From assembly GCA_030295235.1 (NCBI GenBank), contig AP026126.1:310001-374000 (forward strand): 64,000 bases of DNA. Direction: 5' to 3'. A program made the position numbers and the translations under genes. This document shows positions 63,315-64,000 of this stretch, piece by piece; the first letter of the stretch is position 1; each line of letters begins with the position of its first letter. This stretch comes from Fistulifera solaris (lineage: Eukaryota). The notes under the pieces were generated by a model. The model saw only the letters and a program-made list of their open reading frames with translations. It ran no database searches and was not told the DNA's origin.

Positions 63315-64000
63315 TATTATTCTGTGGTGTCTTTGTATTGCTTTTCAAAGGTAATGTGTGAAGCTTAATTCGATCAATTGCAGAATGAATCTATCGTTAC
63401 TGTATTAACAACCAGCTGTTCTCTAATAAAGGTTGCCTTTTGCGTAAAAGCGAAACGTTTTCTGGCAAAAACTCTTCTCGCAAGTTGAGAGTGGGCATGC
63501 GTGCGTGCGACGTGACAGTTTCGCCTAAATATTAAACCGCGAAGGATTGTTTTGCATTTCAGTTGGTAAGTAAGATTCAACGCACTTAAAAATAAGGCAC
63601 TTATGATTAACGGTTCTTTTACCTATTGTTCTTCCAGACTGAAGTGAAGTGTGGTGCTTTTGGCGAGCGTCCGCTCTTTTGGCGCAGGATTTGGCTACGA
63701 ATAAATAATTTTTGTCTTACCGCTTATTGATGTATCCCTAAAATAGTTGCGATACAAAGAGAAAGGCGACTCCGAACATTCGCGATCGAATTCGCTTTCG
63801 CGATCCTACATCCTGTCCTAGACGGAGTACCATCATTCCATATTGTAGTTTATGTTTGGGAAGGAGCAGTACGCTTAAATGTACTATGTGACTTTTTACC
63901 TCTATGTATGCCATACCGGTTCACGAGCGCGGGGTGCGAAAGAAATAATCAACGGCGACCGCGAGACTCGAAAAACTGACGAGGGAAGATGAAGAGAAAC

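Overview
Gene-dense eukaryotic nuclear DNA with short GT-AG introns (about 60-120 nt, one near 200 nt), bipartite signal-plus-transit plastid presequences and a diatom-type 5S gene. It is most consistent with a pennate diatom, possibly Fistulifera-like; this is an inference from recall, not a database result. About 27 protein-coding loci are supportable. They include a DHAR/GST, UVRAG/Vps38, VAC14, Sas10/Utp3, a WSS1-type protease, mitochondrial Hsp70, a GET2/CAML-like ER protein, MCM4, a GNAT protein, plastid Fd-GOGAT, cyclophilin H, an organellar family-A polymerase (POP) with two SAP domains, a giant DUF1800-DUF1501 fusion, a three-domain iota-class carbonic anhydrase, a methyltransferase, a PDZ-FKBP, an SDR, a kinase, a DUF2439 protein and a MATE transporter. 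There is also one 5S rRNA gene and one tRNA-Trp(CCA). Many genes, including essential ones, carry +/-1 indels in homopolymer runs, which points to unpolished sequencing error, so the six-frame ORF track fragments them. Best leads: (1) the secreted DUF1800-DUF1501 fusion, which also has two in-frame TGA codons; (2) tandem SAP domains in the POP thumb plus a possible dual-targeting N-terminus; (3) the iota-CA with two degenerate active-site motifs; (4) a putative diatom GET2/CAML; (5) a tRNA-Trp with only four canonical anticodon-stem pairs. No prokaryotic defence system, CRISPR array or recognisable transposon was seen.
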